Source: an uncultured bacterium
GTDB lineage: Bacteria > Patescibacteriota > Minisyncoccia > UBA6257 > GWB1-50-10
Direction: 5' to 3'
DNA: 64,000 nt
Assembly (NCBI GenBank): GCA_963722655.1
Contig: CAVRNT010000002.1
Span: 7,461-71,460 of the forward strand
Of the stretch, positions 29,502 to 39,809 are shown piece after piece. Under the pieces are notes generated by a model. It had not been told where the DNA came from and ran no database searches. It saw only the letters and a list, made by a program, of their open reading frames with translations. Every line of letters starts with the position of its first letter. The stretch's first letter is position 1. The position numbers and the translations under genes are program-made.

Positions 29502-29945
29502 TTATCTTTCGGCGATATGGCTGCCAGGACCGCTCACGACGACGATATCCGTCTTATGGATGCCGAAATCCTTGGCTTGCGCGACGGTCGGCATCCAGAC
29601 GTCCACGAAGCCAATCATCTTGCGGTTCATTCGATCCTCGACGGTGAAGACCTTGTCGCCGAAGAGCGCCGGGATCTGGACTTGGGTGCCGAAGGGCAGG
29701 AAATTCGCGGCCAGGAATCCGTCCGCCACGCGCTTATTGGAGGCCGTGACGAACGGTGTCGCATCGGTCTCTTGAGGGACGCTCGCGTAGGCCGTGACGT
29801 AGACCGAAACCGTCTGGGGAGCGGCGGCCGTGACCGCCGGGGCGGAACTGGTTGCGGCAGTGCCGTCCACCGTCTTCGCGTAATCTATCGGGATGGGCCT
29901 TATAAGCAAAACGCCCATCAAAAGCGGCGTTAGATACTTTTTCAT
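29502..29945 (-). CDS. Secreted 3D/DPBB-domain protein (MltA/RlpA-like cell-wall binding or lytic)
   Basis: Signal peptide MKKYLTPLLMGVLLI; VYVTAYASVPQETDATPFVTASNKRVADGFLAANFLPFGTQVQIP...FVDVWMP consistent with 3D-domain double-psi beta barrel. Confidence 0.5.
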   Translation of the reverse strand: MKKYLTPLLMGVLLIRPIPIDYAKTVDGTAATSSAPAVTAAAPQTVSVYVTAYASVPQETDATPFVTASNKRVADGFLAANFLPFGTQVQIPALFGDKVFTVEDRMNRKMIGFVDVWMPTVAQAKDFGIHKTDIVVVSGPGSHIAER

Positions 29946-30074
29946 TTGATTCTATTTACCTTTCCAAACAAAAACCCCCGACGTTGAGGATTATGGCCGT
30001 ATTCTATCATAGCCACGGAAAAAGTCAACCGTAAGGGCTAGGAACCCCATAAAATCAGGCCTATAATGGCTTAG

Positions 30075-30839
30075 ATGGACCTTTTGGATAAGATAGATGT
30101 CATCTACGAGAACGACGACTTCCTGGCAATAAACAAGCCCGCCGGGGTGCTTGTCCATCGGCCGGAAAGCGGCCCCAAGGCCTCCCGGAAGGGGGATGTC
30201 CTCGCGGATTGGATAAAGGGGCGCTATCCGGAGGCCAAAGAGGTCGGGGATGAGCCGAACCTCCGGCCAGGCATCGTCCATCGCCTGGACGAGGACACCT
30301 CGGGCATCATCCTCGTCGCCAAGAATCAGCCGACCTTTGAATACCTCAAGGGCCTCTTCCAAAGACACGAGGTCAAAAAGACCTATCTGGCCTTGGTCCA
30401 CGGCCGGATGGCGGGAAGGGGAAAGATCGAAAAACCCATCGGCCTCCGGTCGGGCTCCTTGAAAAGGAGCGTGAACGCCAGGGACATGAAGATGGTCAAG
30501 GAGGCCGCGACGGAGTACCGGGTCATCAAGCTCTTCAAAAGCGGTCTTGAAACGTACACCCTCCTCCAAGTGACGCCCCTCACCGGCCGGACGCACCAGA
30601 TCCGGGTCCATCTCGCCTCAATCGGCCACCCGATCGTGGGCGACGCGCTCTACGGCAAACCTAAAGCCGACGAGGCGCTCGGCCTCAAGCGCCAGTTCCT
30701 CCATGCCGGAGCCGTGGAGTTCAACCTCGAGGACGGCAGCCGGATGAAGATTGAGGCGGAGATGCCGGAGGACCTGCAGGAATTCTTGGGTCATCTGGCC
30801 GAAGCCGGGGAGAATGATGGCGAGGTCGTTGAATATTAG
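30075..30839 (+). CDS. RluA-family pseudouridine synthase
   Basis: Catalytic motif HRLDEDTSGIILVAKN, upstream DFLAINKPAGVLVH. Confidence 0.88.
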   Translation: MDLLDKIDVIYENDDFLAINKPAGVLVHRPESGPKASRKGDVLADWIKGRYPEAKEVGDEPNLRPGIVHRLDEDTSGIILVAKNQPTFEYLKGLFQRHEVKKTYLALVHGRMAGRGKIEKPIGLRSGSLKRSVNARDMKMVKEAATEYRVIKLFKSGLETYTLLQVTPLTGRTHQIRVHLASIGHPIVGDALYGKPKADEALGLKRQFLHAGAVEFNLEDGSRMKIEAEMPEDLQEFLGHLAEAGENDGEVVEY

Positions 30840-30879
30840 ATTTGACGCGATACCGATCAGCTGTTAAACTCGTAAAACC

Positions 30880-31206
30880 ATGATCGACCAGAAGATATTG
30901 GAAAAGATCAAGCCCGGCGCCAAGGTCCGGGTGACCGAACGCATCAAGGAAGGGGACAAGGAGCGCCAGAGCGTCTTCGAGGGCCTCGTCATCGCCCGCA
31001 AACACGGTAGCGAGCCGGGTGCCTCTTTCACCGTCCGAGCGACGGTCCACGAAGTGGGCGTCGAGAAGCTCTACCCGGTCCATTCGCCGATGATCGCTAA
31101 GGTCGGCGTTCTCTCGTCGCCGAAAAAGGTCCACCGCTCCAAGCTCTATTACGTCCGCCAGCTCTCCCACAAGCAGACCCGCGAGAAACTCCAAACGACC
31201 GCCTAG
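30880..31206 (+). CDS. rplS: 50S ribosomal protein L19
   Basis: KPGAKVRVTERIKEGDKERQSVFEGLVIARKHGSEPGASFTVR. Confidence 0.92.
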   Translation: MIDQKILEKIKPGAKVRVTERIKEGDKERQSVFEGLVIARKHGSEPGASFTVRATVHEVGVEKLYPVHSPMIAKVGVLSSPKKVHRSKLYYVRQLSHKQTREKLQTTA

Positions 31207-31209
31207 TTT

Positions 31210-31238
31210 AAACCGCCGCTTGGCGGTTTTTTGTTTTT
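31210..31238 (+). terminator. Rho-independent terminator after rplS
   Basis: AAACCGCC-gctt-GGCGGTTT followed by a T-run of 10. Confidence 0.65.
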
Positions 31239-31257
31239 GAGCTATCATTTTCCGCGA

Positions 31258-31344
31258 GCCCAGGTGGTGGAAATGGCAGACACACTACCTTGAGGTGGTA
31301 GCGCCAGCAATGGCTTGGAGGTTCGAATCCTCTCCTGGGCACCA
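31258..31344 (+). tRNA. tRNA-Leu (anticodon GAG), long variable arm, CCA encoded
   Basis: Acceptor GCCCAGG/CCTGGGC, anticodon stem CTACC/GGTAG loop TTGAGGT, long variable arm, 3' ACCA. Confidence 0.85.
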
Positions 31345-31444
31345 AGGTGGGATTTTTAAATAGGTGCTTCTCTTGGGCGGTCGAAAGAGCGGTCAAAAAC
31401 CGCTCTTTTAAATATTTCGTTATGGTAGAATTAAGGAAACCCCA

Positions 31445-32965
31445 ATGAAAAGGAGTTTGATTCGCGTTTTTGCAATCGGAATATTGTTCCTGCTCCTTTT
31501 TTTGCCGGCCAAAAGGGAGCAGTCGCTTAATCGCGCCAAGGCGGCATCTTTGACGGCCCAGCCGACCGTCTGCCTCGGCGGTTGGCAAAACCCGGGCAGC
31601 GCGGCGGGAGAGCCGGACGGCAATTCGGCCGTTTTGAGCCAGACGGCGGCGCAGATCTTCTGCGGTTATTTCCAGTCGGGCGACCAATCCAACCCGCCGG
31701 CGCAGGTTACGCTCAATTTTTCTTGGAACATCATCTTTGGAAATCAGAGCGGCCAAACGGTCCAACCGGCCGCGACCGATACCGACACTCAAAATTGGAG
31801 CGCGGTCTTGAGTGGAACTAGCACGACGTCAATCGCGCCAACCTCGACTGAGCCGGCGACCACATCGACCCAAGAAGAGCCATCTTCAACGGATGCCGTG
31901 ATCGTGACGTCAACGGATGCCACGAGCACGGAGCAAACAGCCGCCGATACGTCGACTGACGCAACGGCTCCGACGTCGACATCGATGGACCAAACAACGC
32001 CGCCGCCAACGCCCACGTCCACCGACTCGAACTCCACGACGACCTCCTTTTTGGACAACGTGGGTAAATTCATCGCCGGACTTTTCCTGAACAAGGCCTC
32101 GGCTGATACCGGTCCGGCCGTGAACTTCCTCGAGGTGAGCTACTCTTTGGACGGCCAGACCTGGCAGGTTTTGGGCGACGTGAACCAGAACAACTGGCAG
32201 GGACTGACCTTCAACATTCCGGTCACTTCCTGGGACGACATCAATAAGCTCCAAATACAATTGAGCCCGCTCCCGACGATGGATATGCCCGAAATAGACC
32301 TCGACGGAATGTGGCTCCAGGTCGGCTACAACCAGTCGGTCGCGGACGCCCTCACCTCCGGCGCGAATGCCGCCTTGGATACGGCCGCCAATTTAAGCGA
32401 CGCGGTGAACAGCGCCTTGAGTAACGTCGCCGACGCAATTACGAACGCCCTGACCGGCAATAACCAAGATCAAAGCACCTCCACTCAACCCCAAATGCCG
32501 ACTCTGCCGCCTCCGCCCGCGCACCGATACTCCTTCGCTATCGGCGGAGTAACGCCTATCCCGAGCGGCCCATTACCCTGGGTCTCCGAAAAGGACGCGG
32601 ATTATCTCAAGGATAATTTGAGCGCGAACACGGCCGTGCCCGTCGTGACGCTGACCGACAGGAACACCATCCAAATCCAAGGCGGTTGCGCGGCCCCGTA
32701 TTACACCATCCTCATCTTCGCCAATCCTACCGACTATGCGAGCGATCCTTCCTCTGCCGTATTCAACAAATCGTATAACTGCACGGGCGGTAATTTCACG
32801 AAGACCCTTTCCGACGAAGATCTGCCGCCGGTGCTCCAGAACGGTACCTATTACCTTATCGTCGCCGACCAGGGGGACAAAGGCCCGTGGCAACCTAGAC
32901 CGGGGATTTTCCAAATCTCCTTCGCCGCCGTCGCGCCGGACGCTTCATCAACTGCCACTCAATGA
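31445..32965 (+). CDS. Large secreted Ser/Thr-rich protein with C-terminal 2-Cys domain (hypothetical surface protein)
   Basis: Signal/TM LIRVFAIGILFLLLFL; long T/S/P low-complexity tract; C-terminal domain GGCAAPYYTILIFANP...KSYNCTGGNFTKTL...NGTYYLIVADQGDKGPWQPRPG paralogous to the 40316-40816 product. Confidence 0.55.
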   Translation: MKRSLIRVFAIGILFLLLFLPAKREQSLNRAKAASLTAQPTVCLGGWQNPGSAAGEPDGNSAVLSQTAAQIFCGYFQSGDQSNPPAQVTLNFSWNIIFGNQSGQTVQPAATDTDTQNWSAVLSGTSTTSIAPTSTEPATTSTQEEPSSTDAVIVTSTDATSTEQTAADTSTDATAPTSTSMDQTTPPPTPTSTDSNSTTTSFLDNVGKFIAGLFLNKASADTGPAVNFLEVSYSLDGQTWQVLGDVNQNNWQGLTFNIPVTSWDDINKLQIQLSPLPTMDMPEIDLDGMWLQVGYNQSVADALTSGANAALDTAANLSDAVNSALSNVADAITNALTGNNQDQSTSTQPQMPTLPPPPAHRYSFAIGGVTPIPSGPLPWVSEKDADYLKDNLSANTAVPVVTLTDRNTIQIQGGCAAPYYTILIFANPTDYASDPSSAVFNKSYNCTGGNFTKTLSDEDLPPVLQNGTYYLIVADQGDKGPWQPRPGIFQISFAAVAPDASSTATQ

Positions 32966-33594
32966 TAAATTCCCAATCCCTCCATAAAAGTAACGTCGTC
33001 TTGGTCTTCAAAGACAGGGGCTTGCAGCCGCCGGAAAATTCGGAGATGACCGCCCTCTACGAGAGCGACAAGGGCCGGGGAGCACAACTCGTGGATGACC
33101 CTTTGATGCGGATGAAGATAATGGATGTGCCGCAGTTGAAGCTCCAGGTCGCCTGGGAGGCCGAGCGCCTGCGCCTCGAAGACATGGGTGCCCTGGAGCC
33201 GGACGAATCGCTTTTGATGGACGAGCTCGTCCGGGTCTACGAGAAGCTATGCGAGAAGCGGCCCATCGAGATCGCTTCCTTCGGATTCAACTTCGACGTT
33301 TTTTACCAGACCTCCGACGTGATCCGTATAGGCGACCTCTGGAACGAGGTGTCTAAAATGCCACTTACGCTCGGCGACAGCTTATTGGACTTCGGCTGGC
33401 AGTGGACGATCGCTGAAAAGAGCGGCCGGCGTTTGGACGCCTATTTCACAAAGGTCACGGCGCCACTAGAGTTCGTGATGCACCACAACGCCCACTTCAA
33501 TGTCCACCCACTCCCCGCGCTCAAGGAATTGAAAGATTTGTTCAAGAGGTCGTATGAAAGGACGCGCACCGCTGCTGAAAATCTCAAACTATGA
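32962..33594 (+). CDS. Hypothetical cytoplasmic protein (210 aa)
   Basis: No TM, no recognisable motif. Confidence 0.4.
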   Translation: MINSQSLHKSNVVLVFKDRGLQPPENSEMTALYESDKGRGAQLVDDPLMRMKIMDVPQLKLQVAWEAERLRLEDMGALEPDESLLMDELVRVYEKLCEKRPIEIASFGFNFDVFYQTSDVIRIGDLWNEVSKMPLTLGDSLLDFGWQWTIAEKSGRRLDAYFTKVTAPLEFVMHHNAHFNVHPLPALKELKDLFKRSYERTRTAAENLKL

Positions 33595-35174
33595 GTCTTT
33601 CCGCTGACAAGAAAAAGGGGGTGAAAATAAGGACCGTGAAGCGCCACGGGGCGTTTGCCGTCGCCGTCATAATCGCTGCAGAGGCTATTTTCTCCTTCTT
33701 CCTTTACCTCGCTATCGCCGGGAAGATTTTTGCGCCGCTTCCAGTGGAAGCCCAACCTGGCGTGCCCAACCTCATTTCATACCAGGGACGTCTCACGGAC
33801 ACCTCCGGCAATCCCTTAGGTGGGACAGGAACCGTTTATTGTTTCCGCTATTCCATCTTCGATGCCCAGAGTGGTGGCAATCAACTCTGGCCGGCGAACG
33901 GTAGCGCAACCACCACCCCCAGTAATTCAACGACAACCGTCACGGATGGCGTTTTCAGCGACCAGATCGGCCGGGTGGATAACCTCGCATCTTCATCGCT
34001 CCTTGATTTCATGTCCACCTCAACCTACTACCTGCAGGTTCAGGTGAGCACTTCGTCCCCAACATGCGCAAGCGGCCTAGAAACACTCGCGCCACGCCAA
34101 CAGATCGTCTCCGATGCTTGGGCTAGAACCGCGGCTAACGTTTACGGCTCCATCCGAACAAACGTCGCAAACAAGGTTCAGATCGGTTCCGGCGCCGGCG
34201 CCCAATCCGGCTACACCTTGCTGACCTTGGACCAGTCAAGCTCGAGCACGGAGGCGGTGGGTAACGCCTGCCCAAGCGGTGCGAGTAACGGCTCACTGTG
34301 GTACAACAACATATCTAGCCGCGCCCTCGTTTGCGAGAACAACCTCATCCAGGCCATTTCGAACGCCTCGACGACTATCGCTGGCATTACCGTGAACGCC
34401 ACGAGCGTCACGGCCGGGACGGTCGTGTTCCAAAACGGGAACAACGTCTCCTTTGGTATCAACGGGTCGACGATTACGGCAACCGCAGCTGCTGGCGGCG
34501 GGGGAGCTACCTTGAGCAATTTTTACTATCCACCCGGGGTCATGCAGAGTGCTATGTCCTTATTGTTGAACGCCTCCGGCGGGGTTCTTTCGTTAGTTCC
34601 TTTCCAATTAAATCAAGCACTGACCGCTAGCCGGGTAGCTATTATGGCTTCGATCACTGGCACGACCAGCGCTTCAGCTACTACTCAGTTACGTTCCAAC
34701 CAAATATCTCTTCAAATAGGCATCTATACAAGGGGTGGTGGGACATCCACGGCGAGCATCTATGCGGCCACGTCAATTGCAACAACTTGGTCGTGGAGCT
34801 GGAACGGTACAACAAACACGACAGTTCTCCAAAATATCACCGGCTGGCGGCGGTTGTCGGCGGCGGTGAACATTAACGCCACGCCGGGAGAATATTGGTA
34901 CGGCGTATGGATAAGTCAAGCCCAAACCAACACGGCCTCAGGAGTAGTTGTCTCCTTGGCGATAGGTGATTACAATTCGACTCTTATTTATGGAGGTAAC
35001 ATCAGTGCAATTACCAACTCTTCCCGGCAACCAATGTTGGGCATGGGCATTTACAGCAACAATACTACTAGTGGCTTGACCACATCTATGCCAATCACTT
35101 ATATTTTCGGTGGCGGGGCAACGGGCACACTTAATATGCCATGGATTTTGTTCACGGATTTTGATATGAACTAA
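33591..35174 (+). CDS. Large membrane-anchored/secreted beta-rich protein (hypothetical surface protein)
   Basis: N-terminal TM FAVAVIIAAEAIFSFFLYLAIAG; Gly/Ser/Thr/Asn-rich repetitive beta-strand sequence; GC content drops from about 34.5 kb inside the gene. Confidence 0.5.
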   Translation: MSLSADKKKGVKIRTVKRHGAFAVAVIIAAEAIFSFFLYLAIAGKIFAPLPVEAQPGVPNLISYQGRLTDTSGNPLGGTGTVYCFRYSIFDAQSGGNQLWPANGSATTTPSNSTTTVTDGVFSDQIGRVDNLASSSLLDFMSTSTYYLQVQVSTSSPTCASGLETLAPRQQIVSDAWARTAANVYGSIRTNVANKVQIGSGAGAQSGYTLLTLDQSSSSTEAVGNACPSGASNGSLWYNNISSRALVCENNLIQAISNASTTIAGITVNATSVTAGTVVFQNGNNVSFGINGSTITATAAAGGGGATLSNFYYPPGVMQSAMSLLLNASGGVLSLVPFQLNQALTASRVAIMASITGTTSASATTQLRSNQISLQIGIYTRGGGTSTASIYAATSIATTWSWSWNGTTNTTVLQNITGWRRLSAAVNINATPGEYWYGVWISQAQTNTASGVVVSLAIGDYNSTLIYGGNISAITNSSRQPMLGMGIYSNNTTSGLTTSMPITYIFGGGATGTLNMPWILFTDFDMN

Positions 35175-35180
35175 ATAAAA

Positions 35181-36173
35181 ATGAAAGATAACTTCAAATA
35201 CATCATTATCTCTGTTATCTTGGCGGCGGCAACATTCATCTTGGGGTTTTACGTGAGCAAGGTGAATAGTGGGGCACAGAATGCCTATGTCGCTCCCGTA
35301 AACGGCGATAGTACCGAAGCGACACAAAATAATCTTATTAACCCATCTGTGACGATGAACATCGGGAAACATTTCATCATCAACTTCAAGCCGCTCAAAG
35401 ACCAGCTAACGGCGATACAGAAAGAATATGCTCAAAAAACGTACATTTATTTCGATTATCTCAATAATGCTTCCTGGATCGGCTTGAACGAGAGGGACAA
35501 CTTTACGGCCGCGAGCACCGTGAAGGTTCCGCTTGCCATGGTGCTTATGAAAGCCGTTGAAGACGGAAAGTTGAAATTGACCGATTCATATGCCCTGGAT
35601 GATTTGGATTTGGACAAGAATTTCGGGGATTTATACAAGGTTGGTGCCGACCAAGCATTTACTATAGAGGAATTGCTTAAGATAATGCTGGAACAATCGG
35701 ATAACACGGCGATGCATGGCATCGTTAATGTTTTCAATAAAATCGGGATTGACGACCCGCTAGCGGGTGTATACGATGCCATGGGATGGGGGATAGGTAC
35801 CCCGAATTTATTGCCAGATGTGGGACAAACCGTGGATTACGGTCAGATAAATCTTAAAATGTTATCCAATATGTTCATCGCCCTTTATAACGCAGATTAT
35901 GTGAACGTGGAGCATTCCCAACAAATCCTGAATTACCTAGATAACACGCCATTCAACGACAAAATAGAAGCCGGCGTTCCAGCAAACATTTCGGTTGCTC
36001 ATAAGATAGGAACATCCGTAGACAACGAAACCTTCGCGGATTGTGGTATCATCTACGCCCCAAGCCGTAATTATCTTCTATGTCTCGCCTCCAACGGTGG
36101 GAACGATAATGTCGCTTCAGAATTTATGGCTGAAATTTCCAAGGCAGTTTATAGCTACGTTATGAAAAATTAA
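35181..36173 (+). CDS. Membrane-anchored serine hydrolase of class-A beta-lactamase fold
   Basis: SxxK (STVK), SDN (EQSDNTAM), KTG-like (HKIGTS) motifs; N-terminal TM; low GC. Confidence 0.65.
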   Translation: MKDNFKYIIISVILAAATFILGFYVSKVNSGAQNAYVAPVNGDSTEATQNNLINPSVTMNIGKHFIINFKPLKDQLTAIQKEYAQKTYIYFDYLNNASWIGLNERDNFTAASTVKVPLAMVLMKAVEDGKLKLTDSYALDDLDLDKNFGDLYKVGADQAFTIEELLKIMLEQSDNTAMHGIVNVFNKIGIDDPLAGVYDAMGWGIGTPNLLPDVGQTVDYGQINLKMLSNMFIALYNADYVNVEHSQQILNYLDNTPFNDKIEAGVPANISVAHKIGTSVDNETFADCGIIYAPSRNYLLCLASNGGNDNVASEFMAEISKAVYSYVMKN

Positions 36174-36175
36174 AC

Positions 36176-36979
36176 ATGGAAGAAACACGGAAGATTAAAA
36201 TCGACGAACTGCTAGCCACCGCAAAGGCCAAAGAATGGGAAACACGAGTGCTTCAGGGTAATACCTACAAGAATTTTTCGACCATCATTGTCATTGCGAC
36301 CCGTGGCAAAGGCGTCACGAACGTTAAATGCCCGAAATGCGACCACCCGTTCGAAGTGGAACATTGGGTCGGCCTCCACCCGTGGATAGTGGAGTCGTGG
36401 AAACGATTCATCAAGCCGATGAACATTCCGGTGCAAGAAATAATGATTTCAGGGCACGAGGTAGGTCAAGCTTATGAGGAAGCAGTTCAGGTTATCCTTG
36501 AAACACCGCAGTTCAAAAATTATCGCTACATACTTTTTCTCGAGGATGATATTATCGTGCCATTCATAAACAATTCTTTCGGGCCGCTCATCGAGCTTTT
36601 CAAACATATGGAGAAGTTTGATGTCGCCTCGGCCCTATACTGGACTAAAGGCGAACCGTCTTTACCTCTCGTCTATGGCGACGGTAACATCAACGCGTCC
36701 AGTCCATTCGAGGTCAATACCAATTGGCAGCCCGGTCAGACCGTCGAGGTGAACGGTTGCGGCATGGGCTTCGCACTCATGAAGAAGAATATATTTGAGG
36801 ATCCGCACCTCGAAAGGCCGTTTTTTAAAACCGTAAGTGAGGTTAAAGACGGCCAATACAAGGGTTATACGCAGGACCTGTATTTTTACGAGAAGATAAA
36901 GAGATTGGGTTATAAGATATGTGTTGACACCGGCGTCCGCTGCGGCCACCTGGATTTTCAGAGTGAGGTGGTCTATTGA
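36176..36979 (+). CDS. GT2-like (GT-A fold) glycosyltransferase with N-terminal CxxC element
   Basis: DXD (YILFLEDDII), GT2 C-terminal signature NGCGMGFALMKKNIFED; CPKCDHPF near N-terminus. Confidence 0.55.
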   Translation: MEETRKIKIDELLATAKAKEWETRVLQGNTYKNFSTIIVIATRGKGVTNVKCPKCDHPFEVEHWVGLHPWIVESWKRFIKPMNIPVQEIMISGHEVGQAYEEAVQVILETPQFKNYRYILFLEDDIIVPFINNSFGPLIELFKHMEKFDVASALYWTKGEPSLPLVYGDGNINASSPFEVNTNWQPGQTVEVNGCGMGFALMKKNIFEDPHLERPFFKTVSEVKDGQYKGYTQDLYFYEKIKRLGYKICVDTGVRCGHLDFQSEVVY

Positions 36980-37872
36980 TCATGGAGAGAAACCAGTTCG
37001 ACGAATTATTGGAGAACGTTAAGCGCGTATATGGACCGTTTTATTCATACACTCTTAACTTTGAGAAGACTATTACCCCTAGGGAAGATCTAGGCGTATT
37101 TTTTAACCGCCTATTATACATCACGAACGATATGTTTCGGGATATTCCTATCAAAAAGATCAGAGTTCTAGATCTCGGCTCTTATGAAGGCATATATTCG
37201 GTGGGCTTTGCTCAACTAGGCGCAGAGGTGGTCTCGGTTGAAGGGAGGAGAATCAATTTCGCCAAGATGAAGGTGGCTAAAGAATATCTGGGCTTGCGGA
37301 AGCTCGATGTGGTTCAAGCTGATGTCCGAACCATCACGAGAGAAACATACGGTCGCTTTGACATCGTGCTTGCCTGCGGAATTATGTATCACCTGGATGC
37401 CCCTTCGGTTTTCGAAGTGTCCAAAAACATATCTGATATGGCCGAGCGCTTGGCTATTATCGACACACACATTTCTCTGTCCCGCCCGGTCAGCCATATC
37501 TACAAAGAAAGAGCTTATTGGGGTATGATTCATAAAGAATTCGACGCTGGTATCTCAACTCACGAAAAAGAATTATATCTCGCTAACGCACTAGATAATA
37601 ACGAGAGTTTTTGGCTGACGAAAATTTCCTGGTTAAATCTCCTGAAGAGTCTAGAGTTCAACACGGTTTATGAGTGTTTGGTACCCCAAGCGGAACGGGA
37701 AAAAAGATTATACGACAGAGCAACGCTTGTTGCAGTTAAAAATCTAAAATCTAAATCGTTCTTCCCGGTTTCTATTTCTCCGGACCCGCTATCAGAACAG
37801 ATCGGAGAGACGATATTCATTATGCAGGATAATCAACCCATTCCCAACGATAACGGAATAATTGTAAGATAA
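36976..37872 (+). CDS. Class I SAM-dependent methyltransferase
   Basis: Motif I VLDLGSYEG, acidic loop VVSVEGR, motif FDIVLACGIMYHL. Confidence 0.65.
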   Translation: MIMERNQFDELLENVKRVYGPFYSYTLNFEKTITPREDLGVFFNRLLYITNDMFRDIPIKKIRVLDLGSYEGIYSVGFAQLGAEVVSVEGRRINFAKMKVAKEYLGLRKLDVVQADVRTITRETYGRFDIVLACGIMYHLDAPSVFEVSKNISDMAERLAIIDTHISLSRPVSHIYKERAYWGMIHKEFDAGISTHEKELYLANALDNNESFWLTKISWLNLLKSLEFNTVYECLVPQAEREKRLYDRATLVAVKNLKSKSFFPVSISPDPLSEQIGETIFIMQDNQPIPNDNGIIVR

Positions 37873-37877
37873 AATCC

Positions 37878-38639
37878 GTGGTAGATGTTGTAATCCCAAC
37901 CAAAAAAACTTCACCTTTCTTCGATGCGAGCATCGATTCGTTAAAATACATCCCGTTCCCTTATAAATTACACCTCATTACTAAAGGTACTAGCTGGGCT
38001 GAGGCGATAAATATCGGCTTTGGGGAGAGCGAAAATGATGTGCTCATAATGGACGACGACACGATTCTGGAACCCGACACATTCAGGAATTTTAAACCAA
38101 TTGGGGACATAACCGGATTCAAATTAAGAGGCGGGGATGGGAAAATTAACCATGCCGGGAGCTATGTCGAAATTAGCGATTTCTCATATTGCAATGCTCC
38201 AGTCTCTCCATATTTTCCCGAAACACCGGATATCGTTATTAACTGCCATGCCGGATTTGGGCATCTCTCGGAAGATATAACCGAACCTATCGAGGTTCCT
38301 CATTGCACCGCCTCGCTGCTCTATATCAAGAAAAATGTCTGGCAAAAATTGCACGGTATAGCAACCGACTATCCGGGTTACCAGTACGAGGACGTGGATT
38401 TTTCTTTCCGGGCTCTGAAAGAAGGGTTCAAGATAGTTTGCCTGCCCAATGAAGCGATCCACCATTTGGGAGCAACTAAGGGCTCCGACCCGAATTTCCC
38501 TCAGAAAATGTCGGTCAATCTAAAAATTATCACTCGAAAATTTTTTAGTGACCCGGAATTTATAGGACTCCTTTACAAGAGAGGGCTTGTCAATGGGCAT
38601 TCATCAATCTTTACAAATTCAGATTTTCTGATAAAATAA
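37878..38639 (+). CDS. GT2-like glycosyltransferase
   Basis: N-terminal VVIPTKK, DXD in VLIMDDDTIL, GT-A spacing. Confidence 0.55.
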   Translation: MVDVVIPTKKTSPFFDASIDSLKYIPFPYKLHLITKGTSWAEAINIGFGESENDVLIMDDDTILEPDTFRNFKPIGDITGFKLRGGDGKINHAGSYVEISDFSYCNAPVSPYFPETPDIVINCHAGFGHLSEDITEPIEVPHCTASLLYIKKNVWQKLHGIATDYPGYQYEDVDFSFRALKEGFKIVCLPNEAIHHLGATKGSDPNFPQKMSVNLKIITRKFFSDPEFIGLLYKRGLVNGHSSIFTNSDFLIK

Positions 38640-38704
38640 TTACTTAATTAAGTTCTTTTAAAATTCACTTTCCCCGATAAACTCAGAAATGGAGGACAGC
38701 CGTC

Positions 38705-39706
38705 ATGGCAGAAGAGTTCTACAACAGGTTTAATTCCTTAAAGATCCTGATTTTTTCTGACAGGTTGCAGGAGATCGCTGTCGGCGGATTGCCGTACCCG
38801 TTGATCTGGCACATTTACCCGACCAATCACTGCCCCTTAGATTGCGATTTTTGTATCATGGCCGAGGAAAGGGAAAACAAGGTTTCCCTCCCCAGAGAGA
38901 TTCTTTTGAAGGCTATCCGGGATGCCGCCGAACACGCGAAAACCATACATTTTTCCGGAGGCGGGGAACCGACAGCTCACCCCGATCTTTTGGAAGCGAT
39001 CGAACTAGCTAAGAGATCCGGCTTGAAGGTGGCACTTTCGACCAACGGTGTTTCCCTGACCCAGAAAATATTTGATCTGGTAGATTTTCCGCGGGTCAGC
39101 TTGAACGCTGCTACAAAAGAGGTCTTCCGAAGCAATACCGGCACCGATCTTTGGGACAAAATCATCGAGAACATCAAAGATCTCAAGGGCAACAAGGGTA
39201 AATTAGGACTAGGATTCGTATTGACCCCGGAAAACCAAAGAGACCTTTACGGTTTTTGCAAGTTGGCGAACGACCTCGGCATTAGTTGGGTCCACATCCG
39301 GCCGGCTTTTCTAAAGAAAAGGAACGAAGAGGTCAGAGCCCTGATGCCCGAATCGACCAGGATCATCGATGGTGCTAAGGAGGATTTCCCCGACTTGGTG
39401 ATTCACTTCAAAACGGACAAATTCGACGGCTATTGGACGCCAAGGAGGTACGATAAGTGCCGGGCAACACCATTATTAGCGGTGCTGAAGGCGAACGGCA
39501 AATTCTGCGTTTGCCAAGACAGGGTCGACCTGGAATACGGCGATTATCGGAAACAATCCTTCGAGGAAATTTGGCGCTCAAAAGAACATCTGGAAATACT
39601 GAAGAGAATCAATCTCGAAGAATGTCCCAGATGTGTCGAGACGAAGAAGAACGAGTACATCCAAAAAATCTTCATAGAGGATGGATTTGTAAGAGATATT
39701 CTCTAG
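38705..39706 (+). CDS. Radical SAM enzyme with C-terminal Cys-rich (SPASM/twitch-like) region
   Basis: CPLDCDFC (Cx3Cx2C) at residues about 43-50, GGEP motif (FSGGGEPTAHPDL), C-terminal CVCQDR...ECPRC cysteines. Confidence 0.75.
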   Translation: MAEEFYNRFNSLKILIFSDRLQEIAVGGLPYPLIWHIYPTNHCPLDCDFCIMAEERENKVSLPREILLKAIRDAAEHAKTIHFSGGGEPTAHPDLLEAIELAKRSGLKVALSTNGVSLTQKIFDLVDFPRVSLNAATKEVFRSNTGTDLWDKIIENIKDLKGNKGKLGLGFVLTPENQRDLYGFCKLANDLGISWVHIRPAFLKKRNEEVRALMPESTRIIDGAKEDFPDLVIHFKTDKFDGYWTPRRYDKCRATPLLAVLKANGKFCVCQDRVDLEYGDYRKQSFEEIWRSKEHLEILKRINLEECPRCVETKKNEYIQKIFIEDGFVRDIL

Positions 39707-39721
39707 CATACGTAAGAATTA

Positions 39722-39756
39722 GCCTGTTCAGTTATGAAACTGAACAGGCGTTTTTT
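39722..39756 (+). terminator. Rho-independent terminator after the radical SAM gene
   Basis: GCCTGTTCAGTT-atga-AACTGAACAGGC 12-bp stem followed by TTTTTT. Confidence 0.65.
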
Positions 39757-39776
39757 AAAATAGGCCTCGCGCGCTG

Positions 39777-39785
39777 TGTTATAAT
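39777..39785 (+). promoter_or_regulatory. Candidate extended -10 promoter (TGtTATAAT) for downstream methyltransferase
   Basis: TGTTATAAT at 39777-39785; SD AAGAGGGA 8 nt before ATG 39810. Confidence 0.35.
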
Positions 39786-39809
39786 GCCATACGTAAGAGG
39801 GATGAAACC

